From NCBI GenBank assembly GCA_020845805.1, contig JADLFD010000186.1, positions 16,034 through 80,033 on the forward strand: a stretch of DNA of 64,000 nucleotides. The letters run 5' to 3'. Positions 32,067-42,186 of the stretch are shown here, piece after piece; positions within the stretch are counted from its first letter, which is position 1; the number at the start of each line of letters is the position of its first letter. The notes under the pieces were generated by a model. That model did no database searches and was not told where the DNA came from. It saw only the letters and a program-made list of their open reading frames with translations. This stretch comes from Verrucomicrobiales bacterium (GTDB taxonomy: Bacteria > Verrucomicrobiota > Verrucomicrobiia > Limisphaerales > CAIMTB01). The translations under genes were made by a program, and so were the position numbers.

Positions 32067-33131
32067 ATGACCCTCGCGGAACTGCGGCAGGCCATCGACC
32101 ATTGCGACGAACAGATCGTCGCGCTCCTCAATGAGCGCACGCGCCATGTCTTGAAGATCGGCGATCTCAAGCGCGAGGCCGGACAGGAGATCTACGCACC
32201 GCACCGCGAGCGCGCGGTACTCCAGCGCGTCAGCAAGCTGAACTCGGGGCCGATCACCGACGCCTCGCTGCACCACATCTACCGCGAGATCATGTCCAGT
32301 GCGCTCGCGCTGGAGAAGCCGATGAAGGTGGCGTACTTCGGTCCGGAGGCCACTTTCACCCATCAGGCGGCGATCCGTCGTTTCGGCTCGAGCCTGCCGT
32401 ACGTCGCGATGAAGACCATCTCGGACGTGTTCACCGAGGTGGCCAAGGCGCGCGCCGACTACGGCGTGGTGCCGGTGGAGAACTCCACCGAGGGGGTGGT
32501 CACGCACACGCTCGACATGTTCGTCGACAGCGAACTCAAGATCGTGGCGCAGATCATCCTGCCCATTCAGCAGTGCCTGCTTTCCAAGGCCACCCAGAGG
32601 GAGGCGATCAAGCGGTTGTATTCGCATCCCCAGGCCCTGGCGCAATGTCGGCAGTGGGTTCAGGTGCATATGCCGGCCGCCGAGGTGATCGAGGCGTCCT
32701 CCACCACACGCGCGGCCGAGCTCGCCGCGCGTTCGCGCACTGCCGGCGCCATCGCCAGCGCGCTCGCCGCCGAGCGTTACCGACTCAACCTCATCGAGGC
32801 CGATATCCAGGACAACTCGAGCAACGCCACGCGCTTTCTCGTGCTGGGTCGCCAGTGCGGACCCTCCACCGGACGCGACCGCACCTCGATCATCTTCAGC
32901 GTGGCGGACGAGGTGGGGTCGCTGTACCGCGCCCTCGAACCCTTGTCCAAGCACCGCGTCAACATGACGCGCATCGAGTCGAGACCGAGCAAGCGGCGCG
33001 CGTGGGCTTATTTCTTCTTCGTGGACGTGAAGGGTCACGCCGAGGATCCGGTCCTGGCGCGCGCGCTGAAGGAGCTGTCTCGCCATTGCAGCTTCGTGAA
33101 GGTGCTCGGTTCGTATCCGGATGCAGGTTGA
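32067..33131 (+). CDS. pheA: Bifunctional chorismate mutase / prephenate dehydratase
   Basis: CM helix LRQAIDHCDEQIVALLNERTRHV, PDT domain VAYFGPEATFTHQAA...VPVENSTEG, ACT domain TSIIFSVADEVGSLYRAL...ESRP. Confidence 0.9.
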   Translation: MTLAELRQAIDHCDEQIVALLNERTRHVLKIGDLKREAGQEIYAPHRERAVLQRVSKLNSGPITDASLHHIYREIMSSALALEKPMKVAYFGPEATFTHQAAIRRFGSSLPYVAMKTISDVFTEVAKARADYGVVPVENSTEGVVTHTLDMFVDSELKIVAQIILPIQQCLLSKATQREAIKRLYSHPQALAQCRQWVQVHMPAAEVIEASSTTRAAELAARSRTAGAIASALAAERYRLNLIEADIQDNSSNATRFLVLGRQCGPSTGRDRTSIIFSVADEVGSLYRALEPLSKHRVNMTRIESRPSKRRAWAYFFFVDVKGHAEDPVLARALKELSRHCSFVKVLGSYPDAG

Positions 33132-33139
33132 ACTGAGCG

Positions 33140-33781
33140 GTGTCCCGACTACGCTTGCGCCCCATGGACCCCGGCTCACACAAGGCATTGCGCATCCATG
33201 GGTTTTTCCGGACCCGGACCGGGAGGCCTGGCCTCGCGAGCCTCCCCTGGGTTCGCGCCGTCGTGAGTGGGGTGATCACAGGGGTGGTGACGGTGTCGAT
33301 GATGATGACGTCTGGGTGCGCGAGCTCGAAGGAAGGCGTGAAGGAGGCGGATGCCCCGCCGAAGACGGCGCCAAAGGCGGGGAAGGAGGCCTCGAAGTAC
33401 GCGCCGGCCACCTTGGAATCCTTGTCGCCCATCCGGGGTGTCGATTTGCGCCTCACGAAGTTCCAGTTGGCCGGCAAGGCCGTAGCCATGCCGTCAGCGA
33501 CGCCGACGACACTGAAGCTGGGGGACGGCGGGCGCATCGCCGGTAAGGCACCGGTGAACCGGTACTTTGGGGCGATGCAACTCGCGGTGGACGGCAGCGG
33601 GAGATTGACCTGGCCCAACGCGGCGCTGGGCATGACGCGCCTGGCGGGGCCACCGGAGGCGATGGCGCTGGAGTCGACGTTTGTGCGGGGTTTGACCTCG
33701 ACCACCAAACTGCTGGTGGGCGAGTCCGGGATGCGCCTCGAGAATCCCGATGCGTCGACGGTTCTCGAGTTTTCCCGGTGA
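33140..33781 (+). CDS. META (HslJ-like) domain lipoprotein
   Basis: Lipobox-like MMMTSGC. META pattern RIAGKAPVNRYFGAMQL...GMTRLAGPPEAMALESTFVRGL. Start uncertain. Confidence 0.7.
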   Translation: MSRLRLRPMDPGSHKALRIHGFFRTRTGRPGLASLPWVRAVVSGVITGVVTVSMMMTSGCASSKEGVKEADAPPKTAPKAGKEASKYAPATLESLSPIRGVDLRLTKFQLAGKAVAMPSATPTTLKLGDGGRIAGKAPVNRYFGAMQLAVDGSGRLTWPNAALGMTRLAGPPEAMALESTFVRGLTSTTKLLVGESGMRLENPDASTVLEFSR

Positions 33782-36048
33782 CGGCGCTGTTTGGATTCAC
33801 CCTGGCGTTGGGCGCCGCGCTGCTTTTCTCGGCCCAGCCGATGGTGGCGCGCATGGCGCTTCCCTCGCTCGGCGGATCGCCGTCGGTATGGAACGCCTGC
33901 ATGCTGTTTTTCCAGGCGGCCGTCCTGGTCGGGTACGCCCTCGCCCATGGCTTGGCGCGACCGCGGCGGTGGGGATGGGCAGGCGTGGGTTTTCTCGCGG
34001 TGATTTTCCTGGGGATGCTGTCGCTGCCCTTGGACATCCGCCCGGGCGCGGCGGGACAATTGGCACATCCGTTGCGCTGGCTGCTTTCCTCGCTCGCCGC
34101 GGTGGTGGCAATTCCGGCCGTGGCGCTGGCCGTCACGAGCCCGCTCCTGCAGCGCTGGTTTCGGGACGGTTCAGGAACGACACGGGATCCTTACTTCCTC
34201 TACGCGGCGAGCAACGCTGGCAGCCTCACCGCGCTGATTGCGTATCCGTTGCTGGTGGAACCCTGGTTGGATTTATCAGCCCAAAGCCGGGTCTGGGCCT
34301 GGGGATACGCCGCCTGGGCGTTGCTGGTGGGAATGTGCGGTTGGGCATCGTGGCGGGGCGCAGGCCGCCGACCGCCGGAGTATCCGGGCGAAGCTTTTGG
34401 AGCCGGAGATCGCGCGGCGACCGGCGGCGGTGAAGTCGAGTCGCGTTCCGAAGCAGCGGACCTGGACTCGAGTGAGGCGGTGGGTGGCATGGCCGGACCG
34501 GGTTGGCGGCAGTGGCTGGTGTGGATGGGATTGGGCGCTGTGCCGGCGAGTCTGCTGCAGGGGTGCACCCTGTTCCTGACCACCGATGTCGCGAGCATTC
34601 CCCTCCTGTGGGTGGTACCGCTGGCGTTGTATCTGATCAGTTTCATCGTGGTGTTTGCGCGCTGCGGGCCCTGGGCGGTGCGGGTGGCGAGCCGCGGGCT
34701 TCCCTATCTTGCGGTGGGGATGGCCTACATGATCCTGGTGCGCGCCACGCAGCCGGTGTGGGCGTTGATCGCCTTGCATCTGGGGTTCCTGCTGACGGCG
34801 AGCATCGTGTGCCACGGGCGCCTGGTGAGCCTGCGTCCGGCGGCACGCGAGTTGACCGGGTTCTATCTGGCCATGTCGGTGGGAGGCGTGGTGGGGGGTG
34901 GGTTCAGCGCGTTGCTGGCCCCGGTGCTGTTCGATTCCGTGATGGAGTACCCGCTGGCCATGGCGGCCTGTTGTCTGGCGTTGCGACCCCGCGCGGACGG
35001 GGTGGCCGAGCGTCCCTCGTGGGTGCGGGACATTGCGTGGGCAGCGACGCTGGCTTTGCTGGTCGTGGTATTGGCCCTGGTTGTGCCCTGGCTGACGGAA
35101 GAAGCCACGCGCGTGCGGGACCTGGTGGTTTTCGGCGTGCCGACGGTGGCTTGTTGCACCTTGTTGGACCGTCCGCGCCGATTGGCCTGGGGACTGGCGG
35201 CGGTGCTGGTGGCGGGCCTGTGGGTGCAGACCCGCTGGGCGGGTACGTTTCACGCCGAGCGCAATTTCTTTGGCGTGACCCGCGTCGCGAGGAGTGGTGG
35301 CGGTGAATTCCATCAGCTGGTGCACGGAAACACGATTCACGGGCGCGAGTTCCGCGATCCGTCCCGGCAGGGCATCCCGCTGACGTATTACCATCGGAAA
35401 GGGCCGCTCGGGACCTTGTTCGCTAGCGTCGAAGGGAAGGGGGACGGGCGTCGTCGTGTCGGAGTGATCGGCCTGGGGGTGGGAAGCATGGCGGCCTACG
35501 CGCGGCCGGAGGAAGAGTGGGACTTCTACGAGATCGATCCGGCGGTGATCCGCGTGGCTCGGGATCCGGCCTGGTTCACCTTCCTGGGACGATGCCGGGC
35601 GGGGGCTTGGCGCATTGTGGAGGGCGACGCGCGCCTGCGGCTCGCCGAGGCCCCGGATGCGGCCTACGACCTGCTGGTGTTGGACGCGTTCAGTTCGGAC
35701 GCCATCCCGGTGCATTTGCTAACCCGCGAGGCCCTGGCGTTGTACCGGGCGAAGCTGCGCCCCGGCGGTTGGCTGCTGGCGCACATCTCCAACCGTTATC
35801 TGAACCTGGAACCCGTCCTGGCCGCCTTGGCGGAGGATGCGGGATGGGTGTGCCGGAGTTCGGACGACACGGAGGAAGGGGACCATCCGGGAAAGGAGGC
35901 CTCGCATTGGATGCTGTTGGCCGCGGACGAAGCCGCGTTGGGCACGCTCAGCCGTCGGCCGGTGTGGGTTTCGGCGTCGAATGAGGCGGGGCTGGCCCCC
36001 TGGAGCGACCGTCGGGCGCCGGTCTGGGAAGTTTTTTCGTGGCGGTAG
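33778..36048 (+). CDS. Polytopic membrane protein fused to a spermidine synthase-like methyltransferase-fold domain
   Basis: ~450 aa of TM helices, then VGVIGLGVGSMAAY...FYEIDPAVIRVA...YDLLVLDAFSSDAIPVHLLTREA. GTG start overlaps the META gene stop (GTGA). Confidence 0.75.
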   Translation: MTALFGFTLALGAALLFSAQPMVARMALPSLGGSPSVWNACMLFFQAAVLVGYALAHGLARPRRWGWAGVGFLAVIFLGMLSLPLDIRPGAAGQLAHPLRWLLSSLAAVVAIPAVALAVTSPLLQRWFRDGSGTTRDPYFLYAASNAGSLTALIAYPLLVEPWLDLSAQSRVWAWGYAAWALLVGMCGWASWRGAGRRPPEYPGEAFGAGDRAATGGGEVESRSEAADLDSSEAVGGMAGPGWRQWLVWMGLGAVPASLLQGCTLFLTTDVASIPLLWVVPLALYLISFIVVFARCGPWAVRVASRGLPYLAVGMAYMILVRATQPVWALIALHLGFLLTASIVCHGRLVSLRPAARELTGFYLAMSVGGVVGGGFSALLAPVLFDSVMEYPLAMAACCLALRPRADGVAERPSWVRDIAWAATLALLVVVLALVVPWLTEEATRVRDLVVFGVPTVACCTLLDRPRRLAWGLAAVLVAGLWVQTRWAGTFHAERNFFGVTRVARSGGGEFHQLVHGNTIHGREFRDPSRQGIPLTYYHRKGPLGTLFASVEGKGDGRRRVGVIGLGVGSMAAYARPEEEWDFYEIDPAVIRVARDPAWFTFLGRCRAGAWRIVEGDARLRLAEAPDAAYDLLVLDAFSSDAIPVHLLTREALALYRAKLRPGGWLLAHISNRYLNLEPVLAALAEDAGWVCRSSDDTEEGDHPGKEASHWMLLAADEAALGTLSRRPVWVSASNEAGLAPWSDRRAPVWEVFSWR

Positions 36049-36133
36049 GGGAAGTGTTGCCCGGTCCGGGGCTGGTGCTCTAGCGTGCGCTCCCGACTTG
36101 CGGCTGCGGCCTCGAACTCCTGGCAGCGAACCC

Positions 36134-37303
36134 ATGAAAGCGAATTTGATCCGACTGGTGTACACCGCGACGGCGTGTGCGGCGTTGGCAATGTTGGTTC
36201 CCGGGTGCGGGGACGGTGGGGGGGGCGCTGCCGCGGGAAGTGGCGCGACCATCAAGGTGGGTGAGTACGCCTCCATGACCGGCAAGGAAGCCACCTTCGG
36301 CCAATCCTCCCACGGTGGCACGTTGCTGGCGGTGGAGGAGGTCAATGCGGCGGGCGGCGTGCTGGGCAAAAAGCTGGAGCTGATCACCGAGGATACCCAG
36401 TCGAAGGCGGGCGAGCCGGCGACCGTGGTGCGCAAGTTGATCACCCGCGACCAGGTGATCGCCGTGCTGGGTGAGGTGGCATCCTCACGCTCGTTGGAGG
36501 CCGCGCCCATCGCGCAGCAATTCAAGGTGCCGATGATCTCGCCCTCCTCGACCAATCCCAAGGTCACCGAGGTGGGGGACTACGTGTTTCGCGTGTGCTT
36601 CATCGATCCGTTCCAGGGCACGGTCATGGCCAACTTCGCCTGGAACACCCTGAAGGTGCGGAAGGTGGCGGTGCTCACCGACGTGAAGAGCGACTACAGC
36701 CTGGGCCTGGCCCAGTACTTCAAGCAGCGCTTCGAGCAACTCGGGGGGAAGATGGTCATCGACCAGAGCTTCAGCGGTGGCGACAAGGACTTCAAAGCGC
36801 AGCTGACGGCCATCAAGGCGGCGGGTCCCGACGGCCTGTTCATCCCGGCCTACTACACCGACGTCGGACTCATCGCGCGACAGGCGAAGGAGCTCGGCAT
36901 CAACTTCCCGCTCTTTGGTGGGGACGGCTGGGAGTCTCCCAAGCTGATCGAGCTCGGCGGCGAGGCGGTGGAAGGGAAGTTCTACTCCACGCACTACTCG
37001 CCCGAGGATCCGAGTGCGGCGGTGAAAGAGTTCGTGAAGCGGTACCAGGCGCGGTTCAAGGGGGAGGCTCCGGACGCGATGGCGGCGCTGGGATACGACT
37101 CGGTGATGGTGCTGGTCGATGCCATCAAGCGCGCGGGCGGCACGGACGGTCCGAAGCTGCGTGACGCGCTGGCGGCGACGCGGGATTTCGAGGGTGTGAC
37201 CGGTCGCACCACCATGGATCCGCAGCGCAACGCCTCGAAGTCCGCGGTGATCATCACGGTCAAGAACGGGCAGTTCGCTTTCGTGGAGAAGATCAACCCC
37301 TGA
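36134..37303 (+). CDS. Branched-chain amino acid ABC transporter substrate-binding lipoprotein (Leu/Ile/Val-binding family)
   Basis: Lipobox LVPGCGDGG. Type I periplasmic binding pattern IKVGEYASMTGKEATFG...AVLGEVASS...DGLFIPAYY. First gene of the liv-type operon. Confidence 0.9.
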   Translation: MKANLIRLVYTATACAALAMLVPGCGDGGGGAAAGSGATIKVGEYASMTGKEATFGQSSHGGTLLAVEEVNAAGGVLGKKLELITEDTQSKAGEPATVVRKLITRDQVIAVLGEVASSRSLEAAPIAQQFKVPMISPSSTNPKVTEVGDYVFRVCFIDPFQGTVMANFAWNTLKVRKVAVLTDVKSDYSLGLAQYFKQRFEQLGGKMVIDQSFSGGDKDFKAQLTAIKAAGPDGLFIPAYYTDVGLIARQAKELGINFPLFGGDGWESPKLIELGGEAVEGKFYSTHYSPEDPSAAVKEFVKRYQARFKGEAPDAMAALGYDSVMVLVDAIKRAGGTDGPKLRDALAATRDFEGVTGRTTMDPQRNASKSAVIITVKNGQFAFVEKINP

Positions 37304-37313
37304 GCGGGGCTGA

Positions 37314-38213
<900 letters not shown>

Positions 38214-38216
38214 GCG

Positions 38217-39203
38217 ATGATGAACCGACCCAAGACGCTGCTGTTGGTTGCGCTCGGGTGCTGCGCCTTGCTGCCGCTCGTGGGCCAGCGCATGAACCCC
38301 TATTTCCTCTACGTCGCGTACGACGTGGCGATCAACATCATCCTCGCCGTCAGCCTGAATCTCATCAACGGGTACACGGGGCAGTTCTCCCTGGGCCACG
38401 CGGGATTCATGGCGGCGGGTGCGTACACCGCGGGCGTGGCCTCGACGCAGCTCGGTCCGCGATTGTTGTCGATGATGGGCGCGGAGGGAGCGCTGGCGCA
38501 CGCGGGGGTCTTCCTTCTGGCGCTCCTCTTGGGCGGACTCGCCGCGGCGCTGACCGGCCTGCTGGTGGGCATTCCCTCCCTGCGCCTAAAGGGCGACTAC
38601 CTGGCCATCGTGACCCTGGGATTCGGGGAGATCATCCGGGTGATCCTGCAGAACACGCCGGCGGTCGGGGGATCGCGCGGCTTCTCGGTGGCGATGGGCT
38701 ACACCAACCTGTTTTGGTCGTTCGGTCTGGCGGTGGTGACCATCTATTTTGTGCTGACCGTGGTGCACTCGACCTACGGGCGCGGATTCATCGCGGTGCA
38801 CGATGACGAGGTCGCCGCGGAAGCGATGGGGATCAACACCACCCGTTACAAGGTGACCGCGTTTGTGACCGGCGCCTTCTTTGCTGGCATCGCGGGCGGG
38901 TTGTACGCCCATTCGAAGCAGTTTCTCACGCCCACCGGTTTTGATTTCATCAAGTCGATCGAGATCGTGGTGATGGTGATCCTCGGCGGCATGGGCAACA
39001 CCTTCGGCGTGGTGCTGGCGGCGATCCTGCTGACCTTGCTGCCCGAGGTGCTCCGGCCGGTGGCGCAGTACCGCATGGTCCTCTATTCGCTCATGCTGAT
39101 CGTGCTGATGCTCACCTGTCCGCAGGGGCTGTTTGCCCGGATCGGCAGCCTGCTCAAGCGGCGGTTCGGGACGGGCGCGGCTCTGGAGGATGGCCGCGCA
39201 TGA
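38217..39203 (+). CDS. livM: Branched-chain amino acid ABC transporter permease
   Basis: [24 protein letters not shown] motif; multi-TM. Overlaps the next gene by 4 nt. Confidence 0.9.
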   Translation: MMNRPKTLLLVALGCCALLPLVGQRMNPYFLYVAYDVAINIILAVSLNLINGYTGQFSLGHAGFMAAGAYTAGVASTQLGPRLLSMMGAEGALAHAGVFLLALLLGGLAAALTGLLVGIPSLRLKGDYLAIVTLGFGEIIRVILQNTPAVGGSRGFSVAMGYTNLFWSFGLAVVTIYFVLTVVHSTYGRGFIAVHDDEVAAEAMGINTTRYKVTAFVTGAFFAGIAGGLYAHSKQFLTPTGFDFIKSIEIVVMVILGGMGNTFGVVLAAILLTLLPEVLRPVAQYRMVLYSLMLIVLMLTCPQGLFARIGSLLKRRFGTGAALEDGRA

Positions 39204-39985
39204 GCGCCCTCGAGACCCTCCTGCGCCTGGAACGCTGCACCATCCGGTTCGGCGGTTTGACCGCGGTCTCGAACCTCGATCTGGAAGTGCGCGCCGGGGA
39301 ATTGGTGGGGTTGATCGGGCCGAACGGCGCAGGCAAGACCACGGTGTTCAACCTGGTGACCGGCGTTTACCAACCCACCGAGGGACGCATCGAGATCTGC
39401 GGCAAGGCGATCGGCGGGAAGCGCCCCTACCAGATCACCGAACACGGGGTGGCGCGCACCTTTCAGAACATCCGCCTGTTCCCCTCCCTGAGTGTCTTCG
39501 ACAACGTGCGCGTGGCGTTCCATCTGCACGTGCTCAGCGGGATCGAGCACGCTCTCTGGCGCGGCCAAGCGTTTCACCGCGAGGAGGAGACCATCGGTTC
39601 GCAGGTCATGGAGTTGCTGGCCATCTTCAAACTCGACCGCTTCCGTGAGGCGCCGGCGAAGAGTCTGCCCTATGGCGACCAGCGGCGTCTGGAGATCGTG
39701 CGCGCCCTGGCGACGCGGCCGCGCCTGCTGCTGCTCGACGAACCGGCGGCGGGCATGAATCCCACCGAAAAGGTCGAACTGATGAGCCTGATCCGCTTCA
39801 TCCAGGAGAAGTTCGAGCTCTCCATCCTTTTGGTGGAGCACGATATGAAGGTGGTCATGGGCATCTGCGAACGGATCGCCGTGCTCGACTACGGCGTGAA
39901 GATCGCCGAGGGCTCGCCCGCCGAGATCCGGCGCAACCCGAAGGTGATCGAGGCGTACCTGGGCGAGGAGGCGCCGGCGCGATGA
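39200..39985 (+). CDS. livG: Branched-chain amino acid ABC transporter ATP-binding protein
   Basis: Walker [10 protein letters not shown], signature YGDQRRLEI, Walker [12 protein letters not shown]-terminal PKVIEAYLG. Confidence 0.9.
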   Translation: MSALETLLRLERCTIRFGGLTAVSNLDLEVRAGELVGLIGPNGAGKTTVFNLVTGVYQPTEGRIEICGKAIGGKRPYQITEHGVARTFQNIRLFPSLSVFDNVRVAFHLHVLSGIEHALWRGQAFHREEETIGSQVMELLAIFKLDRFREAPAKSLPYGDQRRLEIVRALATRPRLLLLDEPAAGMNPTEKVELMSLIRFIQEKFELSILLVEHDMKVVMGICERIAVLDYGVKIAEGSPAEIRRNPKVIEAYLGEEAPAR

Positions 39986-40704
39986 GCGGGAGCGTGGCGC
40001 TCGAGGTGCGCGGGCTCGCGGTGCGCTACGGCGTCATCACCGCGTTGCAGGAGGTTTCCTTCCGCATCCCGCAGGGGGACATCGTCACGCTGATCGGCTG
40101 CAACGGTGCGGGCAAGACGACGACCCTGCGCGCGGTCTCGGGACTGCTGAAACCCTCGGCGGGCTCCATCCAGTTCGAGGGATCGTCCATCGCCGGGCTG
40201 CCCCCGCACGAGTTGGTGCGCCGTGGCATGGCGCACGTGCCCGAGGGACGCATGGTCTTCGCCAACCTCAGTGTGCTGGAGAATCTGCACATGGGCGCGT
40301 ACCTGCAGCGGGACAAGGCGAAGATCCGCGAGATGCTGGAGTTCGTCTACACGACCTTTCCCCGGCTTCGCGAACGCGAGAAGCAGTTGGCCGGGACCTT
40401 GTCCGGCGGGGAGCAACAGATGCTCGCCATCGGACGTGCGCTGATGAGTCGCCCGCGATTTCTGATGCTCGATGAACCCTCGCTGGGGATCGCCCCGCTG
40501 CTGGTGAAAACGATCTTTGAAAAGATCGTGGAGATCAACCGCACTCAGGGCATCACCGTCCTGCTGGTGGAACAGAACGCGAACCTGGCGCTGGAGGTCT
40601 CGCGCCACGGCTATGTCATCGAGACGGGGCGGGTCATCCTGGAGGGCGCCTCGCCCGTGTTGCGTCAGGATCCGCAGGTGCGCGCCGCCTATCTCGGCGG
40701 GTGA
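39982..40704 (+). CDS. livF: Branched-chain amino acid ABC transporter ATP-binding protein
   Basis: Walker A GCNGAGKTT, signature LSGGEQQML, Walker B FLMLDEPSLG, C-terminal AYLGG. Confidence 0.9.
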   Translation: MSGSVALEVRGLAVRYGVITALQEVSFRIPQGDIVTLIGCNGAGKTTTLRAVSGLLKPSAGSIQFEGSSIAGLPPHELVRRGMAHVPEGRMVFANLSVLENLHMGAYLQRDKAKIREMLEFVYTTFPRLREREKQLAGTLSGGEQQMLAIGRALMSRPRFLMLDEPSLGIAPLLVKTIFEKIVEINRTQGITVLLVEQNANLALEVSRHGYVIETGRVILEGASPVLRQDPQVRAAYLGG

Positions 40705-40773
40705 TCGGGTTGCCCCGGCCACGAGACGAAGCCTTCGGGCGCGAGGAGAAGAACCCAGTTCGCGCGCGGTTCT

Positions 40774-41673
40774 TCAAATGGACGGCGCACCGAACAAGGC
40801 TCGGTGGTTGCGTTCCAGTTGTTGCGCGAACTCCGCTGGGTCCACGGCGAGGAAATCGGCCAACCCCAGGCACACCCAGCGCAGGTTGGCGGGATGATTC
40901 AGGGCGCGTCCGTCGGCGTCGCGGCAGGCCAGGGGGCCCTCAGTTTCACGACCGCCGAGCGTGGTGAGCGCGGGAAAGGGCTCGGGCAACCGCTGATCCG
41001 GGGCATCGGTCTCAATGAGCCGGCGATCGGCGGGGATGGCGCGAAACGTGTCCCGCTGCCGGGCCTTGCGCGGGTGGAGGAAATAACCGGGAAAACCGAA
41101 ATACGCGCCGAGCGCAGCGAAGCCCGGGACCATCTCGACCGGACCTCCGTAGCTGTGGAGCAGGAATCCTCTTGCTGGTCGTGGTGCGGAGCGCAGGGCG
41201 GAGTCCAGGGCACCCCACGCCTGCAGGCAATGGATGCTGGCAGGCAGGTTTCGCGCCGCCGCGATCTCCAGTTGAGCCTGGAAGATCTCCAACTGCTCGG
41301 CCAGGGGCGGAGCCACCAGGGAGGCCAGTGCCGGGTCGATGCCGGCGCGCGAGGCCGGGGGACTGTCGAGGATCCAGCGATCGAGCCCGATCTCGCCCAC
41401 TGTCGCGTGGGGCATGGCGTCGAGGTGGGATTCGAGTTCCTCCTTCCAGGTTCGCGTGCGTTCGTGGAGGTACCACGGATGCATCCCGAACGCGGGCTGG
41501 ATGAGGTCGGGATAGGTCCGCGCCAGGGTGGCCACGACGGGCCAGTCGGCCTGGCACGAGCCGTTGACCACCATGCCCACGACACTGTGCTCCTGGCAGA
41601 GGCGGATCAGCTCGGGTTGACGACCGGCGAACCGTTCGTCCTGCAGGTGGTTGTGGGCATCGAGGAGGCGCAT
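40774..41673 (-). CDS. TatD family metal-dependent hydrolase
   Basis: MRLLDAHNHLQDERF N-terminal His motif, later SIHC and LLHSYGG motifs. Confidence 0.85.
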   Translation of the reverse strand: MRLLDAHNHLQDERFAGRQPELIRLCQEHSVVGMVVNGSCQADWPVVATLARTYPDLIQPAFGMHPWYLHERTRTWKEELESHLDAMPHATVGEIGLDRWILDSPPASRAGIDPALASLVAPPLAEQLEIFQAQLEIAAARNLPASIHCLQAWGALDSALRSAPRPARGFLLHSYGGPVEMVPGFAALGAYFGFPGYFLHPRKARQRDTFRAIPADRRLIETDAPDQRLPEPFPALTTLGGRETEGPLACRDADGRALNHPANLRWVCLGLADFLAVDPAEFAQQLERNHRALFGAPSI

Positions 41674-41701
41674 ACGCGGGCAGGTGCAGCGAGGGCGCGA
41701 T

Positions 41702-42169
41702 TCAGGCGGCGGAGGGCGGGCTGGCGGGATCGGCCGAGGTTTGGGCTTGGGCTTGGGCTTGGGCGAAGTCGCGCAGGACAGCGCGCACGCGCAGGATCGT
41801 GCGCTGCCGATTCTCGGTCAGCTGGGTGAGCAGCCCGGCGCGATGGAGGACGTCGGGTTCGTGGCTCACGACCTGGTCCGGGGACAAACCGTCGTAGAGA
41901 TCGCAGATCAACGCAGCGAAGGCCTTGAGAATGGCGGAGTCCGAGTCCACCGCGAACCGGCAGTGCGGAGGCGGGGTTTCGAACCAGGCGTGCAGCCACA
42001 GGCGCGCGGCGCAGCCGGGCACGAGTCGTTCCGGGGTGCGCCACGCGGCGGGGAAGGGAGTCCGCTGGCGTGCTTGGTCCACCACCCAGGCGAGACGTTG
42101 CTGTGGATCGCGCAATGCGCCCAGGTGATTGACCAGGGCGGTCTGTCGGGACTCGAAATCGGGGGGCAT
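41702..42169 (-). CDS. sufE: SufE-like sulfur acceptor protein
   Basis: LVPGCAARLWL active-site Cys region and SDSAILKAFAALICDLY pattern. ATG at 42169 chosen within the longer ORF. C-terminal AQAQAQAQ tail. Confidence 0.8.
   Translation of the reverse strand: MPPDFESRQTALVNHLGALRDPQQRLAWVVDQARQRTPFPAAWRTPERLVPGCAARLWLHAWFETPPPHCRFAVDSDSAILKAFAALICDLYDGLSPDQVVSHEPDVLHRAGLLTQLTENRQRTILRVRAVLRDFAQAQAQAQTSADPASPPSAA
41741..41764. repeat. (TTGGGC)x4 hexanucleotide microsatellite inside the sufE-like 3' end
   Basis: Four perfect tandem copies read directly from the sequence. They encode AQAQAQAQ on the minus strand. Confidence 0.9.
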
Positions 42170-42186
42170 GCCGGGAGGGCGGGGCT

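Noticed and set aside
40748-40775. 8-bp hairpin GAAGAACC/GGTTCTTC between convergent livF and tatD
   Set aside because: It could be a terminator, but neither strand has a U-rich tract after the stem and it overlaps the tatD stop codon. The evidence is too weak to annotate.
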